Source: Candidatus Cloacimonadales bacterium (GTDB lineage Bacteria > Cloacimonadota > Cloacimonadia > Cloacimonadales > JAFGVF01). From it: 64,000 nt of DNA. Shown here piece by piece: positions 10,001 to 18,955 of this stretch (the stretch's first letter is position 1; every line of letters begins with the position of its first letter). A model generated the notes under the pieces. The model made no database searches. It was not told where the DNA came from and saw only the letters and a program-made list of their open reading frames with translations. The position numbers and the translations under genes were made by a program. The DNA is taken from positions 256,001 to 320,000 of the forward strand of contig CAXXOU010000003.1 of NCBI GenBank assembly GCA_963677495.2, in the 5' to 3' direction.

Positions 10001-12487
10001 ACTAGACCTGAAGGTATGGTAATTGTTGGTGATGGTGCTGAAACTAATCACCACCTTCCAATCGAACCTTACTATGGTTACTCATATTCACAGACTATTT
10101 ATACTGCTGCTGATATGGGTTCTGCAGGTTTCTTAAACACAATCTCTTACTATTATAATGGTGCAGGTACTCTTAGTAACTCAACTGATTGGGTTATTTA
10201 CATGGGTACTACAACTAATGATTCATATGCTGATGGAGACTCTTGGGTTCCTTTAACAGACCTTACAATGGTTTATAATGCAACTATCGCTGCTCCTGCA
10301 GGTGAAGGCTGGATTGACTTCCCATTAGACAACATGTTCTTCTATGACGGAATGTCAAACCTTGTTGTCGCTGTTGAAGAAAATGCTCCTCAATATGGTT
10401 CAAGTAACGAAGAGTTCTTAGGAACTGCTGTTGCAACTCCAAGAAGTATCTACTATTATAATGATAGTACCGATCCTGATCCAAATGCTCCACCTTCAGG
10501 TACAGTATCTTCAAATATTCCAAACACTAGATTCTTCATGATCCCTCCAAGTGATGGACCATATGTAATCATTAGTGCTCTTGATATTGAATTTGGTGTT
10601 GAAACAATTGGTTCAACTTCAGCTGCTTACAATGTAAGAATCGCTAACTTTGGTAACCAGGATGCAATTATTGATCCTGCTATCGTTATTAGTGGTGATG
10701 ATGCTGATCAGTTCACATTAAGTGATAATAACACTTATCCTATAACAATCGCTCAGTTCAATGAAGTTAACTTTGATGTTTACTTCAACCCAACAACTGA
10801 AGGTCATAAAGAAGCAATGTTAACAATCGTTGACAATGTTACTGATACAAGAGAAACACATGAGATTCCATTACACGGCTATGCATATGCAGCTGATAAC
10901 AATGACGAATCTGATGATGCTACTGAAGTAGTTCCTACTCTTGATGGTATTGAAGTTGCAGCTATTATTGAACCTGAAGATGATGTTGACTGGTATGCTT
11001 TCTGGCAAGCCGGTCCTGCTGATCTTGAAATTCATACTGAAAACCTTTATGGTTCAACTATCGATTTATCTGCAATTCTTTATGGTCCTTTCAACGACTT
11101 AGGTGAAGATGTAGATGAGTTTGCTCAATTCGCATTTGATGATGACAGCTGGACAGATGGACGTAACCCATATATTGATGCTAACATCACTGACTCAGGT
11201 TTCTATTATCTTAGAATCTCAAGATTCGATAATATTCCTATCGCAGAAAGAGAAAGAAAACTTGCTAGAACTGACCGTTGGGATACAGGCGATTATGCTC
11301 TTCATATAATCACTGATAATATCAACCCTCCTGCAGGTTTCGATCCTGTTACTAACCTTACTGCTAATATCACATACCAAGGTATTGATTTAGCATGGGA
11401 TGTTCCGGTTCCTGCAACCAGAGACCTTGTTGGTTATAATGTGTATAGAGATGATGTAGTAATCAATACAGAAGCAGTTCCTACTCCTATGTATCTTGAT
11501 ACTACAGTTGTTACTGATGTTACTTATGAATACAAAGTAACTGCTCTTTATGCTGGTCCTACAGGTGAATCACCTGCTTGTGACTCAATCATGGTTACAT
11601 TCATTGGTGTTGACCCTCCAATCATTGGTGAAGACTTCGAAAGCTATGCTGACTTCGCTACTGAAATGGCTGACTGGACACTTCTCGATGAAGATGGTGA
11701 AGGTACATATGGTTTCAATAATGGAATCGACTTCCCAGGCGAGCACAGTGCTATGTCTTATGTTATCTTCAACCCAAGTGCTACAGTACCACCTCTTCAG
11801 TTTGCTGATGCATTCAGTGGAGATAAATATGCAGCATGTTTCGCAGCTGATTCAGGTTCTAATGATGACTGGATGATTACACCAAGAATCCAAGTATCAT
11901 TAAATGATGCGACACTTTCATTCAAAGGTCGTTCATATACTACTCAGTTCGGTCCTGAACTTGTTGAAGTATTAATCTCTTCAGGTAGTGCTGATCCTGC
12001 TGACTTTACTGTTATCTCAGGTGACACTCCTCTTGAGTTACCTCTTGAATGGACTAACTTCTCATTTGATCTTAATGCATATCAAGATCAGTTAATTAGA
12101 GTTGCTTTCCGTTGCACATCAAGTCAGACATTCTTCGCAATGATTGACGATATCATGATTATGAATGATGGTGCGGTTCTCGAAGGTGAAGAACAGGTAT
12201 TCGTACCTACTACTACTACACTTCGTGGCAACTATCCTAACCCATTCAACCCAACTACTTCTATCAGCTTCGATATGAAAGAGAATGGCCCTGTAACCAT
12301 AGACGTTTACAATGTCTTAGGTCAGAAAGTTGCTCGTATCGCTGAAGGCGATTACAGTGCTGGAAGACATTCAGTAGTATGGAATGGTGATGATGCTAAC
12401 GGTACTCAAGTATCTAGTGGTGTTTACTTCTACAAGATGCAGAGCGGTACTTACACTAAATCTAAGAAAATGATTCTGATGAAATAA
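7010..12487 (+). CDS. Giant multidomain adhesin-like secreted protein A (PPC-like, Fn3-like, choice-of-anchor D-like Ig, MAM, cleaved-adhesin, CTD)
   Basis: Signal peptide, TYYWQVV repeats, MAM-like TGP..DHT.G.G and SDIAIDDI, cleaved-adhesin-like EDFES...DDWMITP...IDDI, and the CTD. Confidence 0.85.
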   Translation: MSKKLLLVLVVAIMVFSLLADGTNTEAGAPLVNALPYTDTGDLSDNTDDNAQRGRDEWWEITPTIDLTNVDIHPVYDGWDGYLYIYDSNLTQIAYDDDGPGGTADSQVIMDIAAGTTVYVCIDEYSASTDQRTFTLNISADQTGTIVDADAPDMITNVNPASGAIDVALMPTLTWDFGANTETYDILFDTVNPPVNQVVTGATAGATGSYTPAADLVEFTTYYWQVVCHNSITTTATVNSMNFTTVDMSAGHIENADPANAALNVPLDQVITWDFAANAETYDLYFDTVNPPVNQIVTDAAVAGQGSYTPTGLQTATTYYWKVVSKNSTSLRDTEDLMSFQTTLGTDVLTIGNGTEINHHLPIEPYYGYSYSQTIYLQSEINTPGRRIEKVYYQYNNAATLNNCNEWVIYMGHTANSSFANNDDWTPVAQLTEVYNGPLPTIPADGWIEFILTTPFVYNNTDNLIIAVEENQPSYGSSSEEFFGTAVTDPRSIYYYTDSAANNPDPNAPPTAQGTPSVIPNTRLYFGDIPAGAQMMINPETHDFGTLYTNTASAPITISMQNTGSGVLNVQSVVLDDTANYTLTDNNVYPLALNTAESATFDVTFNPVNDGPLPATITVTDDITRQTYTINLTGEGFNNTVSVFPYTQNFDLGADLPIGWEQGTEDDNDWSVGSSTPSSSTGPQAGDHTSGAGNFVFTEASGNLNQRFDLLAPPVDITTLANPFCSFWYHMLGESMGTLHVDIWDGTQWNEDVMTPITGDQGDNWLTMDVPLAGFGDIVQVRFRGVTGDNYYSDIAIDDISFWDNGTAPGVATLVAPTDGETGVAMTGTLEWDFVMGASGYYVNLGTDNPPTDVYNMSDAGNSLTFDYTGLTAGTTYYWQVVPYNAIGNATNAPVWSFTTFNDLPLATTVVAPADAAIHQSITPVLEWDAAANFPDGYRVSLGTDNPPTDVLNAEDAGFVTSYAVTGPLAFETTYYWQVVPYNFVGDAVNCPVWSFTTRPEGMVIVGDGAETNHHLPIEPYYGYSYSQTIYTAADMGSAGFLNTISYYYNGAGTLSNSTDWVIYMGTTTNDSYADGDSWVPLTDLTMVYNATIAAPAGEGWIDFPLDNMFFYDGMSNLVVAVEENAPQYGSSNEEFLGTAVATPRSIYYYNDSTDPDPNAPPSGTVSSNIPNTRFFMIPPSDGPYVIISALDIEFGVETIGSTSAAYNVRIANFGNQDAIIDPAIVISGDDADQFTLSDNNTYPITIAQFNEVNFDVYFNPTTEGHKEAMLTIVDNVTDTRETHEIPLHGYAYAADNNDESDDATEVVPTLDGIEVAAIIEPEDDVDWYAFWQAGPADLEIHTENLYGSTIDLSAILYGPFNDLGEDVDEFAQFAFDDDSWTDGRNPYIDANITDSGFYYLRISRFDNIPIAERERKLARTDRWDTGDYALHIITDNINPPAGFDPVTNLTANITYQGIDLAWDVPVPATRDLVGYNVYRDDVVINTEAVPTPMYLDTTVVTDVTYEYKVTALYAGPTGESPACDSIMVTFIGVDPPIIGEDFESYADFATEMADWTLLDEDGEGTYGFNNGIDFPGEHSAMSYVIFNPSATVPPLQFADAFSGDKYAACFAADSGSNDDWMITPRIQVSLNDATLSFKGRSYTTQFGPELVEVLISSGSADPADFTVISGDTPLELPLEWTNFSFDLNAYQDQLIRVAFRCTSSQTFFAMIDDIMIMNDGAVLEGEEQVFVPTTTTLRGNYPNPFNPTTSISFDMKENGPVTIDVYNVLGQKVARIAEGDYSAGRHSVVWNGDDANGTQVSSGVYFYKMQSGTYTKSKKMILMK

Positions 12488-12509
12488 TTCAGAGTTATAT
12501 AGATAACTT

Positions 12510-12542
12510 AAAAGGCCTGCCGGAAACGGTAGGCCTTTTTTT
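12510..12542 (+). terminator. Rho-independent terminator
   Basis: AAAAGGCCTGCCG-GAAA-CGGTAGGCCTTTTTTT. Confidence 0.85.
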
Positions 12543-12544
12543 GT

Positions 12545-12569
12545 GTAGTGCGAGTGTCCCCACTTGCAC
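12545..12569 (+). repeat. GTAG-type REP-like palindrome
   Basis: GTAG followed by the TGCGAGTG-TCCC-CACTTGCA hairpin. Confidence 0.5.
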
Positions 12570-12685
12570 ATAGCTCGATAGAGCTATAACCGGGAAGCAA
12601 GTCGTGCTCAAAACTAGTATTGACTATATAATCATATGCTTAGTTCTAACTTCAAACATATGATTTCTTAGTTTCGGTCAGTCGT

Positions 12686-12810
12686 AAGCTGTCACCATAG
12701 CGACCAAAGTGAATTGGGTGAATAGCGGTTTATTGCATGATTTAGTTTCGTGACAAGATGCACCTGCATAGAAGGTGCGCTCCATAGTCCAACTCGTAAT
12801 CAACAAAAAG
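12686..12810 (+). repeat. ~125-bp direct repeat, copy 1
   Basis: Closely matches 13314-13438 (AAGCTGTCACCATAGCGACCAA...TTGGGTGAATAGCGGTTTATTGCA...GTGACAAGATGCACCT...AGAAGGTGC). Confidence 0.9.
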
Positions 12811-12840
12811 CGGAAGTCCATTTCCCCTAATTTTGCTATC

Positions 12841-12984
12841 TATCTCCCCCCACTCAATAACAAATACTCAAAAATATCTCAGTTATCCACAGGATGTGAC
12901 TAACTTGATGCTTTGATCAAGTGAGTATCAAGAGAGTATCAGGTGTGTATCAAGTGTCTATCAAGTATTTAATGGGGGAAAATG
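12841..12984. repeat. ~144-bp palindromic element with DnaA-box-like pair and 11-bp GTATCAAG array
   Basis: Ends TATCTCCCCCCACTCAA / TTTAATGGGGGAAAATG. Contains AGTTATCCACAGGATGTGACTAACT and units GTGAGTATCAA, GAGAGTATCAG, GTGTGTATCAA, GTGTCTATCAA. Confidence 0.7.
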
Positions 12985-12991
12985 GGGTTCG

Positions 12992-13135
12992 AACCTGCCG
13001 GAAATCGTACAAATAACCACAGATGAACCACGGGTAAACCACGCCCAAACAACGGGAGCCGTGGTTAACCCGCGGTTAAGGCGTGGTCAACCCGTGGTAA
13101 AGTATGCCACATATGTGTATCGTCCGGGGTAGATT
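12992..13135. repeat. ~144-bp palindromic element with head-to-head AACCACG/CGTGGTT 11-bp arrays
   Basis: AACCACAGATG, AACCACGGGTA, AACCACGCCCA, AACAACGGGAG, then inverted CCGTGGTTAAC, CCGCGGTTAAG, GCGTGGTCAAC, CCGTGGTAAAG. Flanks are imperfect inverted repeats. Confidence 0.75.
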
Positions 13136-13142
13136 AAACTCT

Positions 13143-13284
13143 TATCCCTCTATCATAATAGGTGAGTGAAAGTTGGCTCATTTTTGGGAGTCTCTTGGGC
13201 CTTCCTGGGAATGGAGCACAAGAAAGTGCTAAGATTTTGGGTAGGAAAGCAACTAAATTCATGTCTAATTATGATGGAGCAATG
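13143..13284. repeat. 142-bp palindromic element (inverted homolog of 1090-1231)
   Basis: Ends TATCCCTCTATCATAAT / ATTATGATGGAGCAATG. Its reverse complement aligns to 1090-1231. Confidence 0.85.
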
Positions 13285-13313
13285 ATAGGGATGTGAATTA
13301 GATTTGAATACGC

Positions 13314-13438
13314 AAGCTGTCACCATAGCGACCAACGGGAGTTGGGTGAATAGCGGTTTATTGCAAGATTAAGTTTCGTGACAAGATGCACCTACATAGA
13401 AGGTGCACTCCATAATCCAATTCGTATTCAACTAAAAG
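13314..13438 (+). repeat. ~125-bp direct repeat, copy 2
   Basis: Closely matches 12686-12810. Confidence 0.9.
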
Positions 13439-13462
13439 AGCCCCTGCTTTCACAGGGGCTTC
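13434..13462 (-). terminator. Rho-independent terminator
   Basis: AGCCCCTG-CTTTCA-CAGGGGCT hairpin with an A run on its left. Same hairpin as 18910-18939. Confidence 0.8.
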
Positions 13463-13477
13463 TATTATGGGAATATA

Positions 13478-16400
13478 CTATTTCATTAGCATCATTTTCT
13501 TAGTCTGACTATAGTCACCTGATGTCATTCTATAGAAATAAACACCACTGGCTACACTCTGACCTGATTCGTCATTACCATTCCATACAACAGAATGTCT
13601 GCCTGCGTTAAAGTTAGCTTTAACAACGCGAGACACTCTCTGACCTAAGACATTGTAAACATCAATAGTCACATCAGCGTTCTTCTGAAGGTCGAAGCTG
13701 ATAGAAGTAGTTGGGTTGAATGGGTTAGGATAGTTGCCTCTTAGAACAGTCTTCTCAGGCATGTTTAACTGATTTTCAAGCTCTACTGTTCCGCCAACAT
13801 TATTAATCTTAATATCATCAATCATCAGCATGTAGGTTTGGTTAGAAACACAATGAAATCCAACTCGGATAAATTCATTCATATATCCGTAAATATCATA
13901 GCTATAAGAAGTCCATGAAGTTGGTGCATTAACTGGGTTTCCTCCAGTCAAAGATATAAAGTCATTAGGATCAGCACTTCCATCGGAAATTGCCACATCA
14001 TAAGACTCTGCTCCAAAAACAGTAGTGTAAGACTTTATCATGAACTCTATACTGACAAAATCACTTGAAACCTCAATTTGAGGTGAAATAAGCCAGTCAT
14101 CATTTTGAATCTCATTATTTGTGATACAAGTTGCGTATTTATCTCCACTATAAGCTTCAGCAAACTGAAGTGGAGGAGTAGTACTTGAAGGATTAAAAGT
14201 GATGAAGGACATAGGATCTCCTTCTCCGAGAAAATCGATCCCATTGTCAAAAGTAATAGTGTTACCTCCATCAACGTCAATTGTAGTCCAATATCCTAAA
14301 TCAGAGGAGAAATCTTGATATCCTTCAAAATCTTCCCAAAGGATAGGTGGTGCAATATCCTCAAAAGTCACTGTAACTGAATCTGAAAATTCAGATTCAA
14401 ACAATGGGTCATCATATAATGCGGTGACCTTGTAAACGTAATCTTGTTCTGCATTCAAATTGTCAGAACTATCTAGGTAATAAATATCGGTTATTGGGTT
14501 TTGATTGATTACCTGATCGTCTCGATAAACATTATATCCGGATAAATGACTGAAAGAGTCTATTGGCTCATCCCAAACTAAAGTAATCCCTTGGAAATCA
14601 ATTTCGGTTCCTAAATCATCAGGTGGTAGGAATCCGGGTTCCTCACCATTATTTGTAGTTGAAACAAATAATTGATAATCACCGGTATTCCATCTATGAG
14701 ATTGTCTATTAAACGTAGTGGTTGCAGAATGTCTGCTTGAAAGAGAAGTATTAGTTTCCGGTTGATTGTTTCTATTTGCAATGCGTAAGAAATAATAACC
14801 TGAGTTATCCAAATCAATGTCAATTAATGGGTTTTGATTATCAACCCAACTACTGTCATTATATGCTGTAAAATTTATCAAATCAATAGGATGCTCATGA
14901 GGTGGATAAGGTCCATAAAGATATGCATCTAAGTTAATTGATGAGTCATTTGTGTTTTCAGTGTGGATAGACAAAGAAGTGGGAGCAGATTGCCAAAAAA
15001 CATACCAGTCTATGTCTGTTTCCGGTTCAATGATAGCATCAAGACCTTCTATATCCGGTTGAATCACTAAAGCGTTTGCAGGTATATCGTTTGAATCTAT
15101 CACTGACGAATAACCATGTAACTGAACAGCATGTTGCTCTCTAGACTCGACAAAGTCATCATGGAAAACTACTTCTGAGAATTTATGTCCCTCCGTTACA
15201 GGTTCGAAGTAAACTTCTACAAAAGCATCAGTTCCACTTGGAATAACTAAAGGATAAATGTTGTTATCTGTTAGAGAGAATTGATCAGCATCATCACCAG
15301 TTATTGAAATTGGATTAGTTATTGTGATAGAGTTAGGGTTGAGATTCCTAATTCTTAGATTGTATGGAGCTGATGTAGTATTGTTAGGCACAACATCAAA
15401 GTCATATGCATCATAAACTATCAATCCATATATTGGTTCAGCTAATTCTTCAGGTGTGGTAGCATATGCTAGTGCAACACCATTACAAACGGGTCCACCT
15501 ACACCATCTAAAGAATATTGGTGCCCTATAGTTCCATCTATGTTTTCAATTCCAATGCATGCATCCCCAATCAAAGAGTCATCACCAAACTCATTATTTG
15601 GGTTTTCAAGGTTATTGTATTGAAGCTTGATTCTACCCGATTCATAAAGGATTGCCTGAACATCAATGTATTCATTTGGATCTCCATAACTACACCAAGC
15701 TTGTACACTATAAACGAAGTTTCCAACTTCATCATGACCAAATCGAGCTGTAGAAGGGATTAATCCGGTATGTAAGTCTTGAGCAAACATTGCAATACAG
15801 TCATTGGGAGATGATGTACTTGGTATTGTCATATTAGAAGCTAAAGTACCGGATGGATTAGAGAACATCATTAGTCCATTTGTGTTTAGTGATACTTGAG
15901 AGTAGTCATTACCAAAGAAATTAAAGTCAAAACCAATATCTACAGTAACAAATCCATCATCAAGATCTGAGTATTGAGGTACTTGTCCAGAAGAAGTAAT
16001 ATCAACCCAATGATAAGTTGGCTGGAAACCCAGTCCATTACCACTTGATATGTTATTGGCAAAGTAATATCCTCCATAAAGTGAACCATCTCCCCCATAA
16101 CTGTTATTGCTATTAGTGCTAAATGACCAAACATTGCAATTGTTAGCATCACCAACACTATTATAAGGAACTATTTTCCAGTAATACGTTGATGAAAAGC
16201 TGAGAGGATTTGAAATTTGATACTCTTCCACATATCCAAGATCTAATCCATCAATAAAATTAGATGGTGGATTATCAGTACCCATGTACAATCTATAACC
16301 ATCAGCAGCAATACCACTACTTTCCCATTGTAGTTTTGGTATTTCATGAATCAAACTTGAGCCATTCAATGGATAGATATTAATAGCATGGCCGGGAGTT

Positions 16401-18784
16401 TGTGTAGTAGTTGTAAAAGACCAAGCCGGACAATTCTCTGCGACTCCGGATTCATTGTAGGGCAGAACTTGCCAGAAATGGGTTAATCCTGGTGTTAAAT
16501 TAGTATAATCAAAAACATTGGTATCACCTAAATCCATTTCATCGTAAAGGACTTGATGAGGATTGACCGAAGCCATGTTAAGTAAATATCCTGTTGCACC
16601 GGGAGTTGCATTCCAAACTAATTGCCCTGTTGTAGCAACATCAATAGCATTGTTTGCAGGTGAAATTAGAGTAGGGGCATCAGGAGGTAATACATTATTG
16701 AAGAAAGAAACATCATCAATTGCCATGTCAGAATAATAACTTGAGCCGTTGATACCCCTGAATCGTAATTGAATCATATCTGAATATCCACTAATCGGAA
16801 ATTCTAACTGGAGCCAGTTATCTCCTGAATTACCGGAAAGTGAAGGAGTTACATCTAGATTCCACTGTGTACCATCCCATATATCAAAATGAAGAGTTCC
16901 CATTGTTGCACCATTAAGGCAATAGTATAATGAGCAATATGGATTATCAAGGTTTGTGAGATCAATTTCAGGGGTGATTACATCAAATCTCAAGTTAAAG
17001 TTATATGAGGACTCGGTATACATAAAATAACCATCTCCGGAAGTATGATCAGCTGAAGGTCCAGTGTTTGAAGTATCTGTTTCTTGTCCGAACTGCCAGT
17101 TACGGTCATCTTCGTCTCCATATTGCCAACCAACAGGAATCAATCCGTTGTTTTCAAAATCTTCATTAAATGGGAAAGTATGAATAACACCCCCAAAACC
17201 TTCACCAGTCAAAACTATTGTATGGGTTTGTCTTAAATCATCAGTGATAGTAATTTCCCCATCAATCACACCCTCATCTACTGGATTGAAATGAATACCC
17301 AACTGAATACTTTCGTTTGCGTTTAGTAGTACTGGATATGCATTATCATCAACGAGTGTAAAGTTGTTTGGATCGTTCATAGTGACAGAGTTCACAGAAA
17401 GAACTCCTATCCCAGAGTTAGAAACCGAAATAGTTTCCATTACAGATGAAGTGTTACAGAGCCTGGTTCCAAAGTCAAATGAATCTCTATTTATGTAAAC
17501 TTCGGGAGATGTTGGTATAGTATCAAACTGTAAGCGTGTTTCCGGTATATAGGTTGAACGTATCCCAACCCAAGGGGATGTAGGGTCCGGATTAAACTGA
17601 TCGTTTACATAATGTATACTTCTGTAGCTTGATGTGTCTTCGCAGTAAAACTCTTCTCCATCTTGACTACTAAGTGGGTCATTTTCATCTATTGCAATTA
17701 CTAGGTTATCTGTGTTGTTATATTCGAAAGGAGTCTGAAGTACAAGCTCAATCCAACCATTTTCACTCAAACTTATGTTTCCATTAAAAACCTCTGTTAA
17801 CTGATCGAATGGAACCCAATCATCATTTGTTTCGAATGCTGTTTGAGTAGTATGTCCCATATAAACAACCCAGTTGTTACTATGAATCAAGTTACTAAAG
17901 CCATTATGATGATAATATAATCTTTCAACTCGTTGATTTGGAATGTTTATCTCACTTTGGTAGTATAGAGTCTGGGTGTAACTAAAATCACTTAACGGGT
18001 CAATTGGTAAACTCTGTTCTACAGATGTTCCATTTCCAATCTGAATTGTACTTTGCCCCACCTCGGTATGGAAACTCCATTCGGCACTTATCTCATATAT
18101 ACTATTTGTGTTCTTTGCGACTACTTTCCAAATATATTGACTGTCCAACGCCAAAATCCCGGGGTTAAATGTATTCCCTACTAATGTATCTGCAACTGCA
18201 TCACTAACAATTGGTGTTTCAGGTAAAGAGTCCATACCAAAGTATATATCATATGTTTCTGTGTTGCTACCCCATTGCCATGATAGAATGCAGTTACTAT
18301 GAGTCACTCCAATCACTCCATCATTTGGTATTGGTGAGTTTGGTACACCTGGAGCTACCCCTCCTAATCCTGTTGAGCCAGTTAATTCAAGTAAGTAATC
18401 ACCTTGAGTACCTGAATGAAAACCTTGTATCTTGATGTAATACCAATCTGAGTTTTGGACAGTGTACTCAATGCGTGATTGAGTTGTACCTGCATAGGCA
18501 TCATCATTAAAAGCTAATTCTGTTGAACCTGTACTATCAAATAGATATAAATATGAGTCGAATGTGGTTTGGTTGTTTACACAGTTAATCCACAAATCAT
18601 CTCCGCTTTCTGCCCAGATTTTCCAGTAGTCCATGTCATTTTGTGTTATGCTTCCAGTCATATCACCATTCCCAACTAGTTGCACTCCAGTTGCATCCCA
18701 AGTATTGTTAGGTTCTACTTCATGAATAGAAAAAAGTTGTAACATAAAAAATAAACAAAACAACATTAATGCTAATCTTTTCAT
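13478..18784 (-). CDS. Giant multidomain adhesin-like secreted protein B
   Basis: EVEPNN PPC-like N-terminus, Fn3-like, Ig, MAM, GG.DG.LYGGYYF domain, cleaved-adhesin domain and CTD. Paralogue of A, C and D. Confidence 0.85.
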   Translation of the reverse strand: MKRLALMLFCLFFMLQLFSIHEVEPNNTWDATGVQLVGNGDMTGSITQNDMDYWKIWAESGDDLWINCVNNQTTFDSYLYLFDSTGSTELAFNDDAYAGTTQSRIEYTVQNSDWYYIKIQGFHSGTQGDYLLELTGSTGLGGVAPGVPNSPIPNDGVIGVTHSNCILSWQWGSNTETYDIYFGMDSLPETPIVSDAVADTLVGNTFNPGILALDSQYIWKVVAKNTNSIYEISAEWSFHTEVGQSTIQIGNGTSVEQSLPIDPLSDFSYTQTLYYQSEINIPNQRVERLYYHHNGFSNLIHSNNWVVYMGHTTQTAFETNDDWVPFDQLTEVFNGNISLSENGWIELVLQTPFEYNNTDNLVIAIDENDPLSSQDGEEFYCEDTSSYRSIHYVNDQFNPDPTSPWVGIRSTYIPETRLQFDTIPTSPEVYINRDSFDFGTRLCNTSSVMETISVSNSGIGVLSVNSVTMNDPNNFTLVDDNAYPVLLNANESIQLGIHFNPVDEGVIDGEITITDDLRQTHTIVLTGEGFGGVIHTFPFNEDFENNGLIPVGWQYGDEDDRNWQFGQETDTSNTGPSADHTSGDGYFMYTESSYNFNLRFDVITPEIDLTNLDNPYCSLYYCLNGATMGTLHFDIWDGTQWNLDVTPSLSGNSGDNWLQLEFPISGYSDMIQLRFRGINGSSYYSDMAIDDVSFFNNVLPPDAPTLISPANNAIDVATTGQLVWNATPGATGYLLNMASVNPHQVLYDEMDLGDTNVFDYTNLTPGLTHFWQVLPYNESGVAENCPAWSFTTTTQTPGHAINIYPLNGSSLIHEIPKLQWESSGIAADGYRLYMGTDNPPSNFIDGLDLGYVEEYQISNPLSFSSTYYWKIVPYNSVGDANNCNVWSFSTNSNNSYGGDGSLYGGYYFANNISSGNGLGFQPTYHWVDITSSGQVPQYSDLDDGFVTVDIGFDFNFFGNDYSQVSLNTNGLMMFSNPSGTLASNMTIPSTSSPNDCIAMFAQDLHTGLIPSTARFGHDEVGNFVYSVQAWCSYGDPNEYIDVQAILYESGRIKLQYNNLENPNNEFGDDSLIGDACIGIENIDGTIGHQYSLDGVGGPVCNGVALAYATTPEELAEPIYGLIVYDAYDFDVVPNNTTSAPYNLRIRNLNPNSITITNPISITGDDADQFSLTDNNIYPLVIPSGTDAFVEVYFEPVTEGHKFSEVVFHDDFVESREQHAVQLHGYSSVIDSNDIPANALVIQPDIEGLDAIIEPETDIDWYVFWQSAPTSLSIHTENTNDSSINLDAYLYGPYPPHEHPIDLINFTAYNDSSWVDNQNPLIDIDLDNSGYYFLRIANRNNQPETNTSLSSRHSATTTFNRQSHRWNTGDYQLFVSTTNNGEEPGFLPPDDLGTEIDFQGITLVWDEPIDSFSHLSGYNVYRDDQVINQNPITDIYYLDSSDNLNAEQDYVYKVTALYDDPLFESEFSDSVTVTFEDIAPPILWEDFEGYQDFSSDLGYWTTIDVDGGNTITFDNGIDFLGEGDPMSFITFNPSSTTPPLQFAEAYSGDKYATCITNNEIQNDDWLISPQIEVSSDFVSIEFMIKSYTTVFGAESYDVAISDGSADPNDFISLTGGNPVNAPTSWTSYSYDIYGYMNEFIRVGFHCVSNQTYMLMIDDIKINNVGGTVELENQLNMPEKTVLRGNYPNPFNPTTSISFDLQKNADVTIDVYNVLGQRVSRVVKANFNAGRHSVVWNGNDESGQSVASGVYFYRMTSGDYSQTKKMMLMK

Positions 18785-18909
18785 AATTTCCCCACTTAAG
18801 TTATTTTTGCTCCTACATTATATTCTGTGAATTAGCGTATAATGTAGTCTCAATATAAAATGATATTTATCATACAATATTTACTTTTGTCAACTATTTA
18901 TTCTTCAAC

Positions 18910-18939
18910 AAAAAGAGCCCCTGCTTTCACAGGGGCTTC
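18910..18939 (-). terminator. Rho-independent terminator
   Basis: AAAAAGAGCCCCTGCTTTCACAGGGGCTTC. Confidence 0.8.
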
Positions 18940-18955
18940 TATTATGAGAAATATA

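Noticed and set aside
12984..13001. GGGGTTCGAACC, a tRNA T-loop-like motif
   Set aside because: No cloverleaf, acceptor stem or anticodon arm can be built around it. It sits at a junction between repeat modules.
12686..13438. CRISPR array
   Set aside because: No identical 23-50-bp repeats with unique spacers, and no cas genes in the window.
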